Source of the DNA: Eledone cirrhosa
Lineage: Eukaryota
NCBI GenBank assembly: GCA_964016885.1
Contig: OZ024742.1
Span: forward strand, 65,968,001 to 66,032,000
Direction: 5' to 3'
Length of the DNA stretch: 64,000 bases
The position numbers and the translations under genes are program-made. The notes under the pieces were generated by a model that did not search any database, had not been told where the DNA came from, and saw only the letters and a program-made list of their open reading frames with translations. Shown in pieces: positions 41,351 through 56,938 of this stretch (its first letter is position 1; each line of letters begins with the position of its first letter).

Positions 41351-42489
41351 ACACACATATATATATATATATATAAATTGAGTATAAAGTGTTATTGTTC
41401 TTAGCTGCCACATTACGACGTATGTCATCTGCACAGTGTCCATACTATTCGTTACTATACATATATACACACACACACATACGTATATATATACATATGG
41501 TGGTGTTTATCAACGCTGATATATATCCTCATAGCCAAACATAAGCCCCAAATCAACACCAAAAGTTTAACATAGACAGATCTATTACCACACTTCATCT
41601 ACCTTCAACAATATATATACAACCATTGCTTAGATCGAATATAGCATTCGTTTTTAAATGTCCAGCATATCAACTACAGAAGGTATCCTGTTGTTCCGAA
41701 TTAGTTTTCACAACTCTTTATTTTTTATGAAAGGATTAAGTATTAACCATTATTAAACATCTGAAAGCCAACATTCGAATAGCTTTGTTTATCTTTAGTT
41801 TATTGTCCTATTTGTTTTGAACTAGCATTCTATTACACAATGCTTCTAGTAAACTACTGGATCCGGGGATTGATTATAATGCGTGGCATTTTGGCAAAAG
41901 TACATTTCATCTGTCACGTGTCGATGCAAATTACTGGTTGTAATATGGGATAAATCATCGGTAATAGAGTTCGAGGTTGCTTTCTCGCGTAATTATTCAT
42001 AATTCTGCTTAATTAACAATGGCCTTGGTTTAAGCAGCCATTTCTAAGCCATTTCTAATAGACAAACACAACCATGCACAAAAAAACAAACAAAAATAAA
42101 ACACACGCATACTCGGTAAAAAGAATTAGATCAATTTTGTTGGATTTCTGTTTCCATTCGCATTTGCGTAGCACATTATCTAGCGTTAATCAATCGCTTT
42201 TTTTCCGTTGCTTCGATGATTTACTTTCATATTTACCTAACATCGTAATTAAAGAGCGGGGGTGACCAATTTGTTTCTCCTTTCGATGCCAGTCGAGAAA
42301 GAAAGCATGGAACATATGTAAACTATTTAGCAAGCTTAAAGTTAATTGGTATCTCAAAATACAAGACATGTTTACTGAGATGCATATTTAAAAGAAATTG
42401 TAATTATTGTCGAAATAATTTCTTTTTTTTTTAAATTTCAACTATGATGATAACAAAAAATATTTAATTAAAAATCCGGACGGACAGTG

Positions 42490-43200
42490 TCAGCCAAGCC
42501 GATGGAATTGTAGGGGCACCGTTATGACATGCTGTGCAACTGTCTTAATCATCTGTTGCCTTTGCGTACTAGATCTTAGACCTTCACTAAGGATTTGCCA
42601 ATCCCCACTTTAATCTTGTCTATTCGTTTCTTTATCCACATAGTCTATTGCAGAAAAGTCTTTGCAAGACCACTGACATTTATTACATAGCCATATCATC
42701 ACATTTTCATAAAGACCAATGCGATGTTCAATGCGTTGCAGATCTACTATGATATATATAGGAGATCCTTATGATGTTGCCGCAGCATTTCATTTTTGTG
42801 AACCTCTCTTCCGTTGTATCTTTTCCAACAGGAAAAGGGAGAGCACCGTTGCCCGCTCAAATCTGATTGTGTTCTTCATAGTTACGTTCTTATCTTTGCA
42901 CTCTGATTTGAGTTTGAGTAACTCCGTCCTTGCCTGCGCCCTTCATCTAAAGATTTCTAAATTTGATCCTTTACATTTAATGACAGCTTCCAGGTATTTA
43001 TACTACTAGATGATACCATTCTTGTGTGTCAAGAGTTTGGTAGTTTTGGCACAGACTTCCATTCCTAATAAACATGACTAACTTAGTCAACCAATTCATC
43101 CTATTTTGCCAGGAAACCAATATCCTCTACAAGAAAATTGCTCATGATCCTGTCCAGGACGATGTTGAATAATGTTGGGGAGAGAGGTAGCTATGATGGA
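42490..43200 (-). mobile_element. old RTE-like LINE relic
   Basis: LSPTLFNIVLDRIM and GMEVCAKTTKLL on the minus strand; heavily decayed. Confidence 0.55.
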
Positions 43201-43755
43201 AGCCTATTGTATGAAATCATTCACTGAAAGTATCTTGGACTGCATTGGTTGTCTTGGCCTAACGTAATAGCATAATATGTCAATCTTAGTCGCATGTTAA
43301 ATTTTATCACGCTGGTCTATAATGTATTATGCTGAAGGTATTTCTCGCAGAGATTTTTGGGGCTTAAAATTTAACCGATATGGATGAATGGTTCTTCGTC
43401 AACAATGGTGACGTCTGCCTGAGGTTTCAGTGTATATAGAACGAGTCGGAGAATTATCTTGCTACACACACCCCCTCCTACCACCACACCCATATGTATA
43501 TGAATATATATACATATATATATATATATACACATATATATCTATGTGGTCTCCATCTAGAAGAGGGTGTTTCTCACACTGTCAATTTTGTATCTAAGAC
43601 CCCACAAATTCTTCACATATGCTCCAAAGAAAAAGTTAAGAGCGTCGTATATACAGAAGTTCTGTTTCGTAGAAGACTTTTTATATTATTTTCCATATTA
43701 CTCAGTATTTAAATATTTTAAATGAATTAAGAAAATATATTTTGCAATATCTAAA

Positions 43756-43832
<77 letters not shown>

Positions 43833-43833
43833 G

Positions 43834-43992
<159 letters not shown>

Positions 43993-44003
43993 TATATATA
44001 TAT

Positions 44004-44080
<77 letters not shown>

Positions 44081-44195
44081 TATATATAATATTAAGGATA
44101 CTATTTATGGTTATGTGTAATTTATTACTACCTTATTACCAGTAAGATAAATAGCTCAATGTAATAACATCAGTTGTTCTACAGAGCAGTTATAT

Positions 44196-44660
44196 AGAAT
44201 TCACAAGAATCAAAGCTATGGTCAAAGCATTTATTCACTTACAATTGTTTCATCCAAACCTAGGCTTGAAATCTTCGGAGCCATTTTCAATGTTTGTACA
44301 CATAATTGACCTCCTTTCCAACTCAAGAGACATACAGATACATATATATATATTGATGTACAGTGGAGTGACATATATTATACTATATTATTTCTGTATA
44401 GCAATTCAAATTCAAAATCAATATAGTATGATATATATCAATATAGTATAATATATGTCAAATTCAAAATAATATAGTATAAAATATGTCACTCCACTGT
44501 ACATCAATATATATATATGTATCTGTTTGTCTCTTGAGTTGGAAAGGAGGTCAATTATGTGTACAGACATTGAAAAATGGTCCGAAGAAATAAGCCTAGG
44601 TTTGGATGAAACAATTGTAAGTGAATAAATGCTTTGAACATAGCTTTGATTCTTGTGAAT

Positions 44661-44663
<3 letters not shown>
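44196..44663. repeat. long inverted repeat (~197-bp arms) with a hammerhead motif in each arm
   Basis: 44196-44393 is the reverse complement of 44467-44663 with scattered mismatches. Confidence 0.9.
44237..44281 (-). ncRNA. minimal type-I hammerhead motif, U4C core (left arm)
   Basis: Minus strand: GCU-CCGAAGA-u-UUCAAGC cuag GUUUGGA-u-GAAA-C-AAUU-GUA-AGU, then AATAAA. Degenerate mirror copy at 44582-44623 (+). Confidence 0.65.
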
Positions 44664-44703
<40 letters not shown>

Positions 44704-44852
44704 TATTATATATATATATATATAGGAATGTATGTATAGTATATTTAGCTATATACCGTATGTTTAACTAAAAACATTTAGAAGTACAGACGCTATCAGT
44801 TTTAAAGTAGTGAGTATGTCACTTACTTCTTTTTGGCGAAAGAAGGGAGAGA

Positions 44853-44894
44853 AGCTGACAGTCTGTTTCATGCTGGTTGGCGTTCATCAGAGCC
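44853..44894 (-). ncRNA. minimal type-I hammerhead motif, GUC site
   Basis: Minus strand: GGCU-CUGAUGA-ACGC caacca GCAU-GAAA-CAG-A-CU-GUC-AGCU. Confidence 0.75.
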
Positions 44895-44947
44895 ACGCAC
44901 TACCCTGCTTTCGCCGAAAATTATAGAAACTGGATTCTTATAGAATT

Positions 44948-45142
<195 letters not shown>

Positions 45143-45436
45143 AAGTATACGTGCAATATAGCAACATGAATATGAAAAGGCAGACATTAAGTTTATAGAC
45201 ATGTTACTATAGGTTGATATCATCAATTATATCATATTAATAAAAAATGTTATGATATCTAATGGGAATGTCAGCTGGATACATTTGTTTCCTCTGCTGC
45301 AAGTCATTGCCTATGTCACTGATTACGGTAGGATGTCTTAATTGTTTTACGTGATTTATTTTCTCATCGATGAAACCACTCAAATACACAGAAACATGCA
45401 GACACATATCCCCCCACCCATATCTCTCTCTTTCTT

Positions 45437-45810
<374 letters not shown>

Positions 45811-46799
45811 TTACATATTCAGAAATATAATTGACTACTGTAAATTTCAGCTCTCATATACACGCGTACGCATACTCACACATACACGCGCACACACATA
45901 TACACGCACCCACACATATATATATATATATATATATATGCTTGCAGATGAAATGTGGTATGTATTTTTAGTTTATACTTCAGTACAAATATGACGAATG
46001 TCGATAGATACAGACGTAACTAGAACATCCAGAAAAAATATTCTTCAGTCACTAAAGGGCTTGACCCTCACAGATTCTATGTTTCATTCTCCCAATTAAT
46101 TAATAACATACCTACAATGTCAATCGTTTCGGATTTATTTACTCTCGATTACTATTACTTGAGAGGTATGTTTTCTATTTCCATCGGATGTAAGTATATA
46201 AAACGTCGATCACGACGGGATTTGAACTGAGAAATTAGAGCTATTTGGTGATACATAAAAAAATAAACGAATAGAAATAAAACATTCTTTAGAATTAATG
46301 AAAGAACCATATCACTTTTCTCTAGGAATATGCATGTAAGTTAAAAATTACTGTTATTTTTCCTTTCTTAGTGAGAAAACTGGCAACTGGGAATTTGTGA
46401 TATTCATGCCATTGCTTTTGGGGATTATCAGTTTAAAGTTAGGTTAATTCACTTCAAACAGAATGAGTAAACCACATGAAATTACATCAGAAGGGAAAAT
46501 AGGAAATACTAGAATATATGATGTTTGATCTGTGGAGGAAGTTACACAGGGTGATATTAAACTGATATCAGAGAAGTCCATCTCTTTCAAAACTGATACA
46601 AAAGAAAAAGATGTGGGAAATGATTGGTTGGTGAAAAGGAAATAGATGGTGTTCTCTGTATTCTTTCGTCTTTCAATGACTTGGAATTCTATCGAAATGA
46701 CCAAAGATCAATGAAATACTTTTCTTCAAGACTTTGATCTAATATCGTTACTACAAGAGATCTCAAATGGAAATGTAGTTAGATATCACACACAAACAC

Positions 46800-46843
<44 letters not shown>

Positions 46844-46850
46844 GTGTACG

Positions 46851-46920
<70 letters not shown>

Positions 46921-46936
46921 GATAGATATGAAAATT

Positions 46937-46972
<36 letters not shown>

Positions 46973-47597
46973 TGTGTGTGTGTGTGTGAATACACGCTTT
47001 CATACATTCATAGTATATGCGAACACAATTTTGTATTTTTAAATGTGAATGTCTGTGTGTGTATATGATAATTTATGGAAAATAGCCTTATACACGCACA
47101 TATGCCTACGTATATATATATATATATATATTTGCATGTACACATGCATACAGATATAGATATATTCATACATGCATACGTACATAGATACATACATAGA
47201 TGTGTATGAATATAGTTACATACATACACAAACACATACATACACAAACAAACAGACACACATATATATGTGTGTGTGTGCGTGTGCGTGTGTGTTTGAA
47301 ATAGAGAATAATACACTTACACATCTTCTACTTATGTATATGACATAGGTATTTTATTTCCATGCATCACGTGAGTTATCTATTTTCAGCACATCCAGAA
47401 GTTCTTGTCTTTTGCAACTATGTTTGACAGTTTTCTGCAAATTGAAACGAATTGCGAATACATTTTCTAAAGTACATCGAAGAATTGTCACTTTCTTGAA
47501 ACATTCGCTTATGAACCTATGAATGAGGGTATATATTTTTATGTGTGTGTTTGTCTGTGTGTGTGTGTGTGTGTGTGCGTGTGTGTGTGTATGTATG

Positions 47598-47666
<69 letters not shown>

Positions 47667-48075
47667 CTATATCTATATATATGTATCTCTATATATATTT
47701 ACAAACACACACACATATATATATATAGTTAACAGGAAGGATTGTGTAATAAGTGATAAATTCAGAGAGCCAGTCAAATACGGATAGAATTATAAAAAGG
47801 TGTGTATAGTTATAAATCATGACAAATAAAAGAAGACTATATATGTTTTTAAAACATATATATCTAGAAATGTCTCCGTATTTCTTTCTGTGTGTGTCTA
47901 TATATGTGTGCGTATATATATGTGTGCGTATTTCCACAACAGCTCAAGTGCCTTCGTTTAACTTCCAGCTATATATCTTACTTTTGTTGCCCTCACATTT
48001 GAATGTAGCGAGAAAATCGGAGCAACTCTGCATTCATAATCACTCACACAAACATAATCAGAGCCAAACATACAC

Positions 48076-48160
<85 letters not shown>

Positions 48161-48179
48161 CATATATACACAGATGTGA

Positions 48180-48483
<304 letters not shown>

Positions 48484-48564
48484 CGCACAGTGACACTGAC
48501 AAACACTACCGAGCAGTCAAATGGTTATATATCCTCCCTTGATTGAGTCGAATATAAATGTTTA

Positions 48565-48632
<68 letters not shown>

Positions 48633-48636
<4 letters not shown>

Positions 48637-48759
48637 AAATGACTCAGAGCTCAGCCGTCGGAGTCCTGGCTCTTTTCCAATTACCCACTCTACTACCCTA
48701 TGTATCGAATATTCTCGGGCGTTATGGTTCACCTGGTTCTTTACCACACTTTCTTTGTT
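48633..48759. mobile_element. hairpin-headed repeat, copy 3 (palindrome collapsed)
   Basis: Same TAGGAAA start and tail as 25971 and 40157; hairpin mostly deleted. Confidence 0.7.
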
Positions 48760-49644
48760 ATATATATATATGACAATTCATACTTAAATATCAAAACTTA
48801 CACATATTCTGCATAATATTCTGTATCTTCTGCACCGTTTCCTATGCGTCACATACTCTAGAAAACCTTTTTGTCACAAAACACATTTTCCATTCGTCGT
48901 TGTAACATTGACTTAATTCTTATGCAAATTATTCTTAATCATATCCTCCTATATTCTTCCGTAACACACTCAATAAATAGTAGTTTTACTGTTTAGTCAA
49001 TGGAAAAAGATGCCAGTGACCCTTTACAGAGCTTGCCAAATAAATTGGACGGAGGAAAATATCTTTAAACCGGAGATCTAATCCCAATGCTGGCAACAGT
49101 GATTATACCTATGTGACCTTTTATATATTCCGCATAAGTACGCCACTGAGAGATTCAGTAATGATCAAATACCACAGTGCCATGGAACATTATTTATTGA
49201 ACTCTGAAAGCATGAAAGGCAAAGATGGGCACATTGATTTTTGCAGAGACCCTGAAAAATTACCACAAGGCATTTTGAGCTACGATCAGGTGGTCCAATC
49301 CACCGCCCTTAATAATTAATAATACAAAAATGATTGCTGTCAATTTAAGTGGCATGACGGACCGTAGTTTGTGGTAATGGTAGTACTTTTAATACCTTCG
49401 TAGCCATTGAAACGAAGACGTCCATGTTGGAGAAAACCCAACACAAAACCTGATAAATATATGTTCACAACGAATGACCAATTGTGTCAACAGATAGATT
49501 AATCACGCAACAGTATAATTTTCGTAACTTTGCTCATCTATTTTCATAGGAACAAACGTCACATCTATCCATGTAGACATGTACACACACATACAAGCAA
49601 GCACACACGTACAAACGCACACACGTACAAACGCACACGTACAA

Positions 49645-49713
<69 letters not shown>

Positions 49714-49731
49714 CACAAACACACAACTATA

Positions 49732-49804
<73 letters not shown>

Positions 49805-49941
49805 TTGTGTGTGTGTGAGTTGTATTTAATATCTTATCTACTTATCTTATGTTCTAAGAATCTGTGCTCATCTTGAAACTCTCTTTATATTTCCTATTAT
49901 TTCTAATATCCTCTTTTACATCAAATACACAGACACATACG

Positions 49942-50029
<88 letters not shown>

Positions 50030-50402
50030 TATCAAAGCAAAATGAATGTATGAATAAATACTATTGTCCAGAAGTGAACTAACTATTCCCAGATATTTCA
50101 GGAATGGACAGTTAATGAAGGAATCCTGAAAATAACAGCATAGTAGTTGTTGGCAAAAGCGTGTCAGATGCAATGAAATTACCGAATAGGTTTATAAGAT
50201 GTACGATATTTACCAGATGTTGAGTGGAGATTCTTTAGACTTCACTCTGTCAAATATGGTAGGAAGAAAGATCGGTTAATAAGGAGGTAAGTCAAGACAA
50301 AAGTTTGGAACAAGTTTAAAAAGTTTATTTATAGAAATAACTATGTCCGTTCCTAAAATTTTGTTTATCCAATTAGCTAACTACATATATGTATGTATGT
50401 AT

Positions 50403-51446
50403 GGTCGTCTGGTTTTATAATTTCACAAATTTTTGCCAATAGAGAGAGAGTCGGTTTCTAACATTGGAATTTACACAACATCAACTCGGTAGTATGCATG
50501 TATGCATAATCAGGGTGGAGTATCTGCAGATTTCTCATTAGTTCTGCATAAATATTCTCCTTTTCACAAATCTTTGATATTATATTGGCATCTACTGGGC
50601 AGCTAACTTCCACTACTGTGCATGCCTTCTTTTCCCTGTCCCATATCATAATATCTGGTCTGTTATGACTGCATTTTATTGGGGTTTTTACTGGATCATT
50701 CAACTAGTACTCTTTCCTTTTATGGATATGCATGTCTTCCACATTGCTGTAGCTTTTAATGTGTTTATTATCGGAGCTACCTTTTCTACGGGTTGCATTG
50801 TACAGTGTTTTGGCCACTACATAATGCCTCATAGGTTGATAGCACCGCGGTGACATCTTTGGACAGCTGCTTATGACATGGTTGACATTTTCGATGTTAA
50901 TTCTGCAGATTCTGCACTTGTTATCACATCTAGGTGTTTTGCCTGCATCCCTATTTCTTTTGTGAATCAGATATTTCGTGTTTATTTCTTGTTCTTGGAT
51001 TGCAAAAGCGTATCCTTCAAAGTGGGAGCCAATATAGTGGTTGTTGGTCCAAGATAGACACTTTTTTTAATCTATATTACTCTCACACTGGAGCTTCCTG
51101 ATAAGCATGCAGTTTTTCATCCATGGATTCACTGCGATACTGCTGAGTGACATCCCTGGGTGTGAGTTTTTGATTATCACACAGGGAATACCTCTCGATG
51201 AGTTCTTTCCCAACTCTAATGATCTCATCGGTTTCATGCAGATAAACTTGCTCGAGAGACGGCATCCTACGCTTCGAGGTTCGTAGATGTAGTCGGAGAG
51301 ATATGATGCGACATTCAAATGTTGTCTGGACTGATGTTAGGCCTCTGCCTCCCTGTTTACCTTTCAAATAAAGGCGGTCTATGTCACTGTTGATGTGGAA
51401 GTTTCCAGTGTTGTTTAGTATTTTTCGAGTTCTAATATCATGTATG
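50403..51446 (-). mobile_element. TATG-associated REL (R4/Dong-like) LINE fragment
   Basis: DIDRLYLKGKQGGRGL, FAIQEQEI, CRIC..HVISSCP, HNRPDIMIWD..VVEVSCP; internal deletion near 50500. Confidence 0.85.
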
Positions 51447-52078
51447 TTCTTCTGGTTATATAATTTCACAAAGTTTTACCAATAGAGAGAGAGTCGGTTT
51501 CTAACATAGATACAAGACTCTCTCATTGGAATTTACACAACACCAACTAGGTAGATATGTATGTATGTCTGCATGCATGCATGCATGTGTAGATATGGAT
51601 GTTATTGTATGTGTGGATGTGGATGTTTTGAGTTGTATGTGTGAATGTGTATATGGTTTGTGTCTGTACATGTGTATATGCAGTTATTAGATGCAACATT
51701 TTTGGAATGTTTTACATATTTTTACTGTTCCATTAATGTATTGTACTTGTAATTTCCTAACTAGTTGTGTTCTTTCTGTTACTGTGAAGCCTAGCTTCTC
51801 AAGATTTGTATTGAGGCAGTTACTAACATATACCAGTGCCCCAATAATCACAGGCATAAATCTGAAGGTGTAATCAGGGTGGAGTATCTGCAGATTTCTC
51901 ATCAGTTCTGCATAAATATTCTCCTTTTCACTAATCTTTGATATTATATTGGCATCTGCTGGGCAGCTAATTTCCACTACTGTGCATGTTTTCTTCTCCC
52001 TGTCCCATATCATAATATCTGGTCTGTTATGCCTGCATTTTATTGGGGTTTTTACTGGAACATTCCACCAGTACTCTT
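51447..52078 (-). mobile_element. TATG-associated REL LINE 3' fragment
   Basis: RPDIMIWDREKKTCTVVEISCPAD..FMPVIIGAL. Confidence 0.85.
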
Positions 52079-53019
52079 TGTATGTATGTATGTATGTATG
52101 TATGTATGTATGTATGTATGTATGTATGTATGTATGTATGTATGTATGTATGTATGTATGTATATAGGTAGATAGGTAGGTAGATAGGTATGTATGTAGG
52201 TATGTATGTATGCATGTATTTATGATTGTATGTATATATGTATATATGTATGCCTGTAAGCGTATTTATTTGAATATGCATGTATGATTATTTGTATTTA
52301 CACACGAATATTTGTGTTTCTGCATGGTCATGGTTTTTTCTATGTATCTATCGATACACTTTTATACCTACGCGTGTGCATTTGTAAATTCTGCAGGCGA
52401 AACATTTTGAAATGTTTTAGATATCTTTCCAGGTTCATTAATGAGTAATTATTAATGAATTATCTTTCCTTTTTTCTCTAACCACGAGTTGTCAAGAGTG
52501 GTCCTGAGACAATTACAAGTTGCCTCGCCAATAACCACAGTTTTTTGTATCTAAACAAATATTTAGTGTATATATTTCTTATTAAATCAGTATAGATTTT
52601 TTAACATTTACCTTATTCTAACAACTGATTTCTTCTGCTGAGCTTAGATTATTTTCTCTGCTACAAAAGTGTATGACTAATCCACTGAGTTACAGAAAAT
52701 ATGACAGGGGCATTCTACAAATATTCTTTGGTTCCATGAGTGACTATGATCTCCATTACACTGTAACGTCTTAAATATATATATTTCGGAACTAAATCGA
52801 CTGCGAATTACATTGTGTAGTGTTTTGGCCATATAACATACATCATACATAACTAATAGCATGAAGAGTTTTTCAGACAGCTGTTTATGATGTGTCTGAC
52901 ATTCAGTCATAAATCCATATATGTATGCATATATTTATGCATATACATATATATGCATATATGTATGCATATATATATGTGTGTATATGTGTATGTATGT
53001 AAGTGTGTATGTATGTATA

Positions 53020-53640
53020 ATGGTTTTATAATTTCACAAATTTTTGCCAATAGAGAGAGAGTCAGTTTCTAACATAGACACAAGACTCTCTCATTGGAAT
53101 TTACACAACACTAACTAGGTAGATATGTATGCATGTCTGCATCATGCATGTGTAGATACGGGTGTTATTGTATGTGTGGATGTGTATGTTCTGAGTTGTA
53201 TGTGTGAATGTGTATGTGCTTTGTATCTGTACATGTGTGTATGAAGTTATTAGATGCAAAATATTTGGAATGTTTTACATATTTTTACTGTTCCAGTAAA
53301 TGGATTGTACTTGTAATTTCCTAACTAGTTGTGTTCTTTCTGTTCCTGTGAAGCCTAGCTTCTCAAGATTTGTATTGAGGCAGTTACTAACATATCCCAG
53401 TGCCTCAATAATCACAGGCATAAATCTGAAGGTGTATTCAGAGTGGAGTATCTGCAGATTTCTCATCAGTTCTGCATAAATATTCTCCTTTTCACTAATC
53501 TTTGATATTATATTGGCATCTGCTGGGCAGCTAACGTCCACTACTGTACATGCTTTCTTTTCTCTGTCCCATATCACAATATCTGGTCTGTTATGCCTGC
53601 ATTTTATTGGGGTTTTTAAAGAACATTCCACCAGTAATCT
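53020..53640 (-). mobile_element. TATG-associated REL LINE 3' fragment
   Basis: Near-identical to 51447-52078. Confidence 0.85.
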
Positions 53641-53676
53641 TTCATATTATGAATATGTATTTATGTATGTATGTAT

Positions 53677-54150
53677 GTCAAAAGGGCAAAGGAGCTCTTA
53701 AGAGTCAATGGCCATCAAAAATCACCGGGAGAGATGACCACTTAGCCTTTGTCAAGCCTGAATTCTAGGAGAAGGAAAACTCTGATATAACGCCTGCAAC
53801 CCTGATGGTATCCAATGATGTTGACTTGTTCTTCATTTTGGTAAATATCATCTTGGTTAAGAGAGTGGGACTGGCTTTGTGCAGTGCCTTTGCTCACTAT
53901 AAAAGCTTCACGGCACAGGCATATGGAGGTCTTTCTGCACTTGTCGTCACATGGTACCATGGGCCCAGCACTATGTGTCAATAATTGTCACAAGTGTAGT
54001 GTTTGTACCAGAGTTTTCAAGTCGCTGGCTGGACTAAAAAGTCACACACGTTCAGCGCATCGGCAGGGGTTCTCCTACATGGATATAAAGTATTGACCGT
54101 ACTCGAAAACGAGTTGGCAGCGACCATGTATGTATGTATGTATGTATGCA
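53677..54150 (+). mobile_element. RTE-derived retroposon, copy 3
   Basis: Matches ~16850-17325; CSVCTRVFKSLAGLKSHTRSAH at 53995-54060. Confidence 0.75.
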
Positions 54151-54259
54151 CGTATCCTTCGAAAAACTTGAAAAGAGAGTGTGGGCGTATCATGGCATCA
54201 ATATCAAAACCAAGATTAATGTGTATAAGGCCTACAATCCCAGTACCCTTGTTGTACTG

Positions 54260-55178
54260 TCGTGTTGAACATTTGTTGTACTCTTCGGAAACGTGGACAG
54301 CAAATCGCAGGCACCGTACTTTACTTGAAAACTTTCATCAAAAGTGTTTAATACAAATCCTAAACATCAAATGGCAACAAAAAATACCTGACACACAAAT
54401 CTTTATAGATGCTGGTTGCACGATCATTGAATCTACCATCATATCCTCTCAAATGCGTTGGGTAGGCCATGTTGTAGAAAGTCTCCCAAAACAACGAAGA
54501 AAGACTCCCAAAACCAACTATTTTACAACCAATTACACACTGGGAAACGCCCTCAGCACAAACCAAGAAAAAAGATATACGGATTGCATAAAAAACAACC
54601 TTAAAGATCTACAGTTTGAAGTTAAAAACTGGGAAGTGCTTGCTTTAAAGAGGGGTAAATGGAGAAGACATATGAAGGAAGGCTGCAGAATGTTTGAAGA
54701 GAGACGTTTTGACCATGAAAAACTTAAACGTCAGCTTCGAAAAGGCCACAGTATGAACCTCCATAAGAACACAGGGAGCTGGATTTGTGAGGTGTATGGT
54801 CGTTTACTGCTCTCTAAATCTGGCTACATCACTCCTTTAAAATCACATAAAAAGCCAACTATATGCAGCTCTCTCCACACAATGCTAGATAAGACAACAT
54901 GTATGGTGCGCAAGAAGTGAAAATCAATCTCTGGTCTTAAAAGGCATATGAGGATACCTAAGGATGACATCCTACAAACTGACCCAATAAATCGAACAGA
55001 GGGCACATCTTTTGTCTGTCAAATATGTTGTAGACCATGCACATCTAACGCTGGACTTTGAAACAACATAAGGGGCCATGGACGGATGTTTGGAGTTGGT
55101 GATTGTTGAAGGGGGCGCACAGGGACACGGCAATCGTCTGCAAAGATGAAGCAATTAAAATGTACGTATGTATGTATC
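54260..55178 (+). mobile_element. RTE-clade LINE 3' fragment with C-terminal C2H2 fingers
   Basis: LLYSSETWT..FHQKCLIQILNIKWQQKIPD..MRWVGHV..KRYTDCIKNNLK; three decayed C2H2-like repeats; TATG tail. Confidence 0.85.
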
Positions 55179-55319
55179 AATCTAGCACTGATATTTTGGT
55201 TATTAACCTTCGCATGAATGATATTCAGAGATGATAGAAACAAAATGTTGAATTTATTGGGCTGTATATTTCAATAGATTATGATAGACATGATATAGAG
55301 AGTGATAAATTATATTTTT

Positions 55320-55397
<78 letters not shown>

Positions 55398-55495
55398 TAT
55401 TTATTTATTTATTTTTATATACATTGGGCCGTCAAGTATAACATTTGTAGAAATTTGTTTTTTTCTACAAATGTTTACAAATTTCATACTTAACG

Positions 55496-55534
<39 letters not shown>

Positions 55535-55787
55535 GATATATATACATGACCCCCTTATATATATATATATATATATATAATTGGTTATGCACGAGTGCAT
55601 TAATGTTTTCCAGGACACAGTGTTATGTACCGTGTAGTGGAATGTCAGCTTACAACAGAGTGGTGCTCAACGAAATGCAGATGATATGGGATCGATTGTG
55701 CATTGGATATCGAATGCTCTACTAAATATATAATATTATAGATGTAGCGAGATCTAGGCAAATTGATGTCTATTGAAACGTACGTAA

Positions 55788-55987
55788 NNNNNNNNNNNNN
55801 NNNNNNNNNNNNNNNNNNNNNNNNNNNNNNNNNNNNNNNNNNNNNNNNNNNNNNNNNNNNNNNNNNNNNNNNNNNNNNNNNNNNNNNNNNNNNNNNNNNN
55901 NNNNNNNNNNNNNNNNNNNNNNNNNNNNNNNNNNNNNNNNNNNNNNNNNNNNNNNNNNNNNNNNNNNNNNNNNNNNNNNNNNNNNNN
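55788..55987. other. assembly gap (200 N)
   Basis: Run of N. Confidence 1.
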
Positions 55988-56455
55988 GTATTGAGTACTT
56001 TACTTACTGTGGTTACATCCGATTCAACCCGGAATAACTTACCTTATATATATATATATATACATAATTGTTTCTATTTTAGGCACAAGGCCAGCATTTA
56101 CCCAGTACATTACTGGTACTTTATTTATATATATATATATAATTGTCTCTATATATAAATATATATAATGTATGTAATATTAAACATTTTATATATATAT
56201 TTATATATATTATTAAAAACAATTTCGAATCTCCTGTATTTGTAATGTCCCAGCAATAAAAATGGGGCATGTTCAATAGACTACACAAAACAATTCTAGA
56301 CTATAGCAATACCTATTCTAAACATCTGTATATCAATGGCTGCAGGGATAATGTAGACAGGAAGGGAACAGAATATATTGTGAGTGCATACAAGAGAGTG
56401 AATAAGAATACAGCGGTAGACATACAACTTGCACTACTACCGTACCACGTGCAGA

Positions 56456-56552
<97 letters not shown>

Positions 56553-56684
56553 GTCAAAACTCATCTTTTTCCATTTATCTGAGGGTTTAAACTCCATTTA
56601 TCAGGCTAAAATTCCTTTAGTAAAAAATACGGTGAAAGCTATTCTATTTTCTAATTTCAAACCTGCTCACTGTTTCAAAACATA

Positions 56685-56723
<39 letters not shown>

Positions 56724-56727
<4 letters not shown>

Positions 56728-56938
56728 AACCACAGACCCTCCATCTCAACTCACCTTTTGAAAAGCAGAAGAACTGCGAAACCGGTAAAGGAACCAAATA
56801 AATATATATATTTAAAAAAAAAAAAAAAAAAAAAAAAAATAAGACTTCAGTTGCATTTTCGATTTCATCCCTTTTTCTTTATACTTCCACTCGTGTAGGA
56901 CACCTCGGTTATTTTTCATTTTGTAAAAAAAACCTCAC

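Noticed and set aside
43648-43708. Minus-strand GAAACAGAA-C-UUCUGUA with upstream CUGAGUA
   Set aside because: G8 is absent, helix II is poor, and the AT-rich context makes chance likely.
46440-46785. Coding-like purine-rich stretch with stops
   Set aside because: No identifiable protein family; cannot support a pseudogene call.
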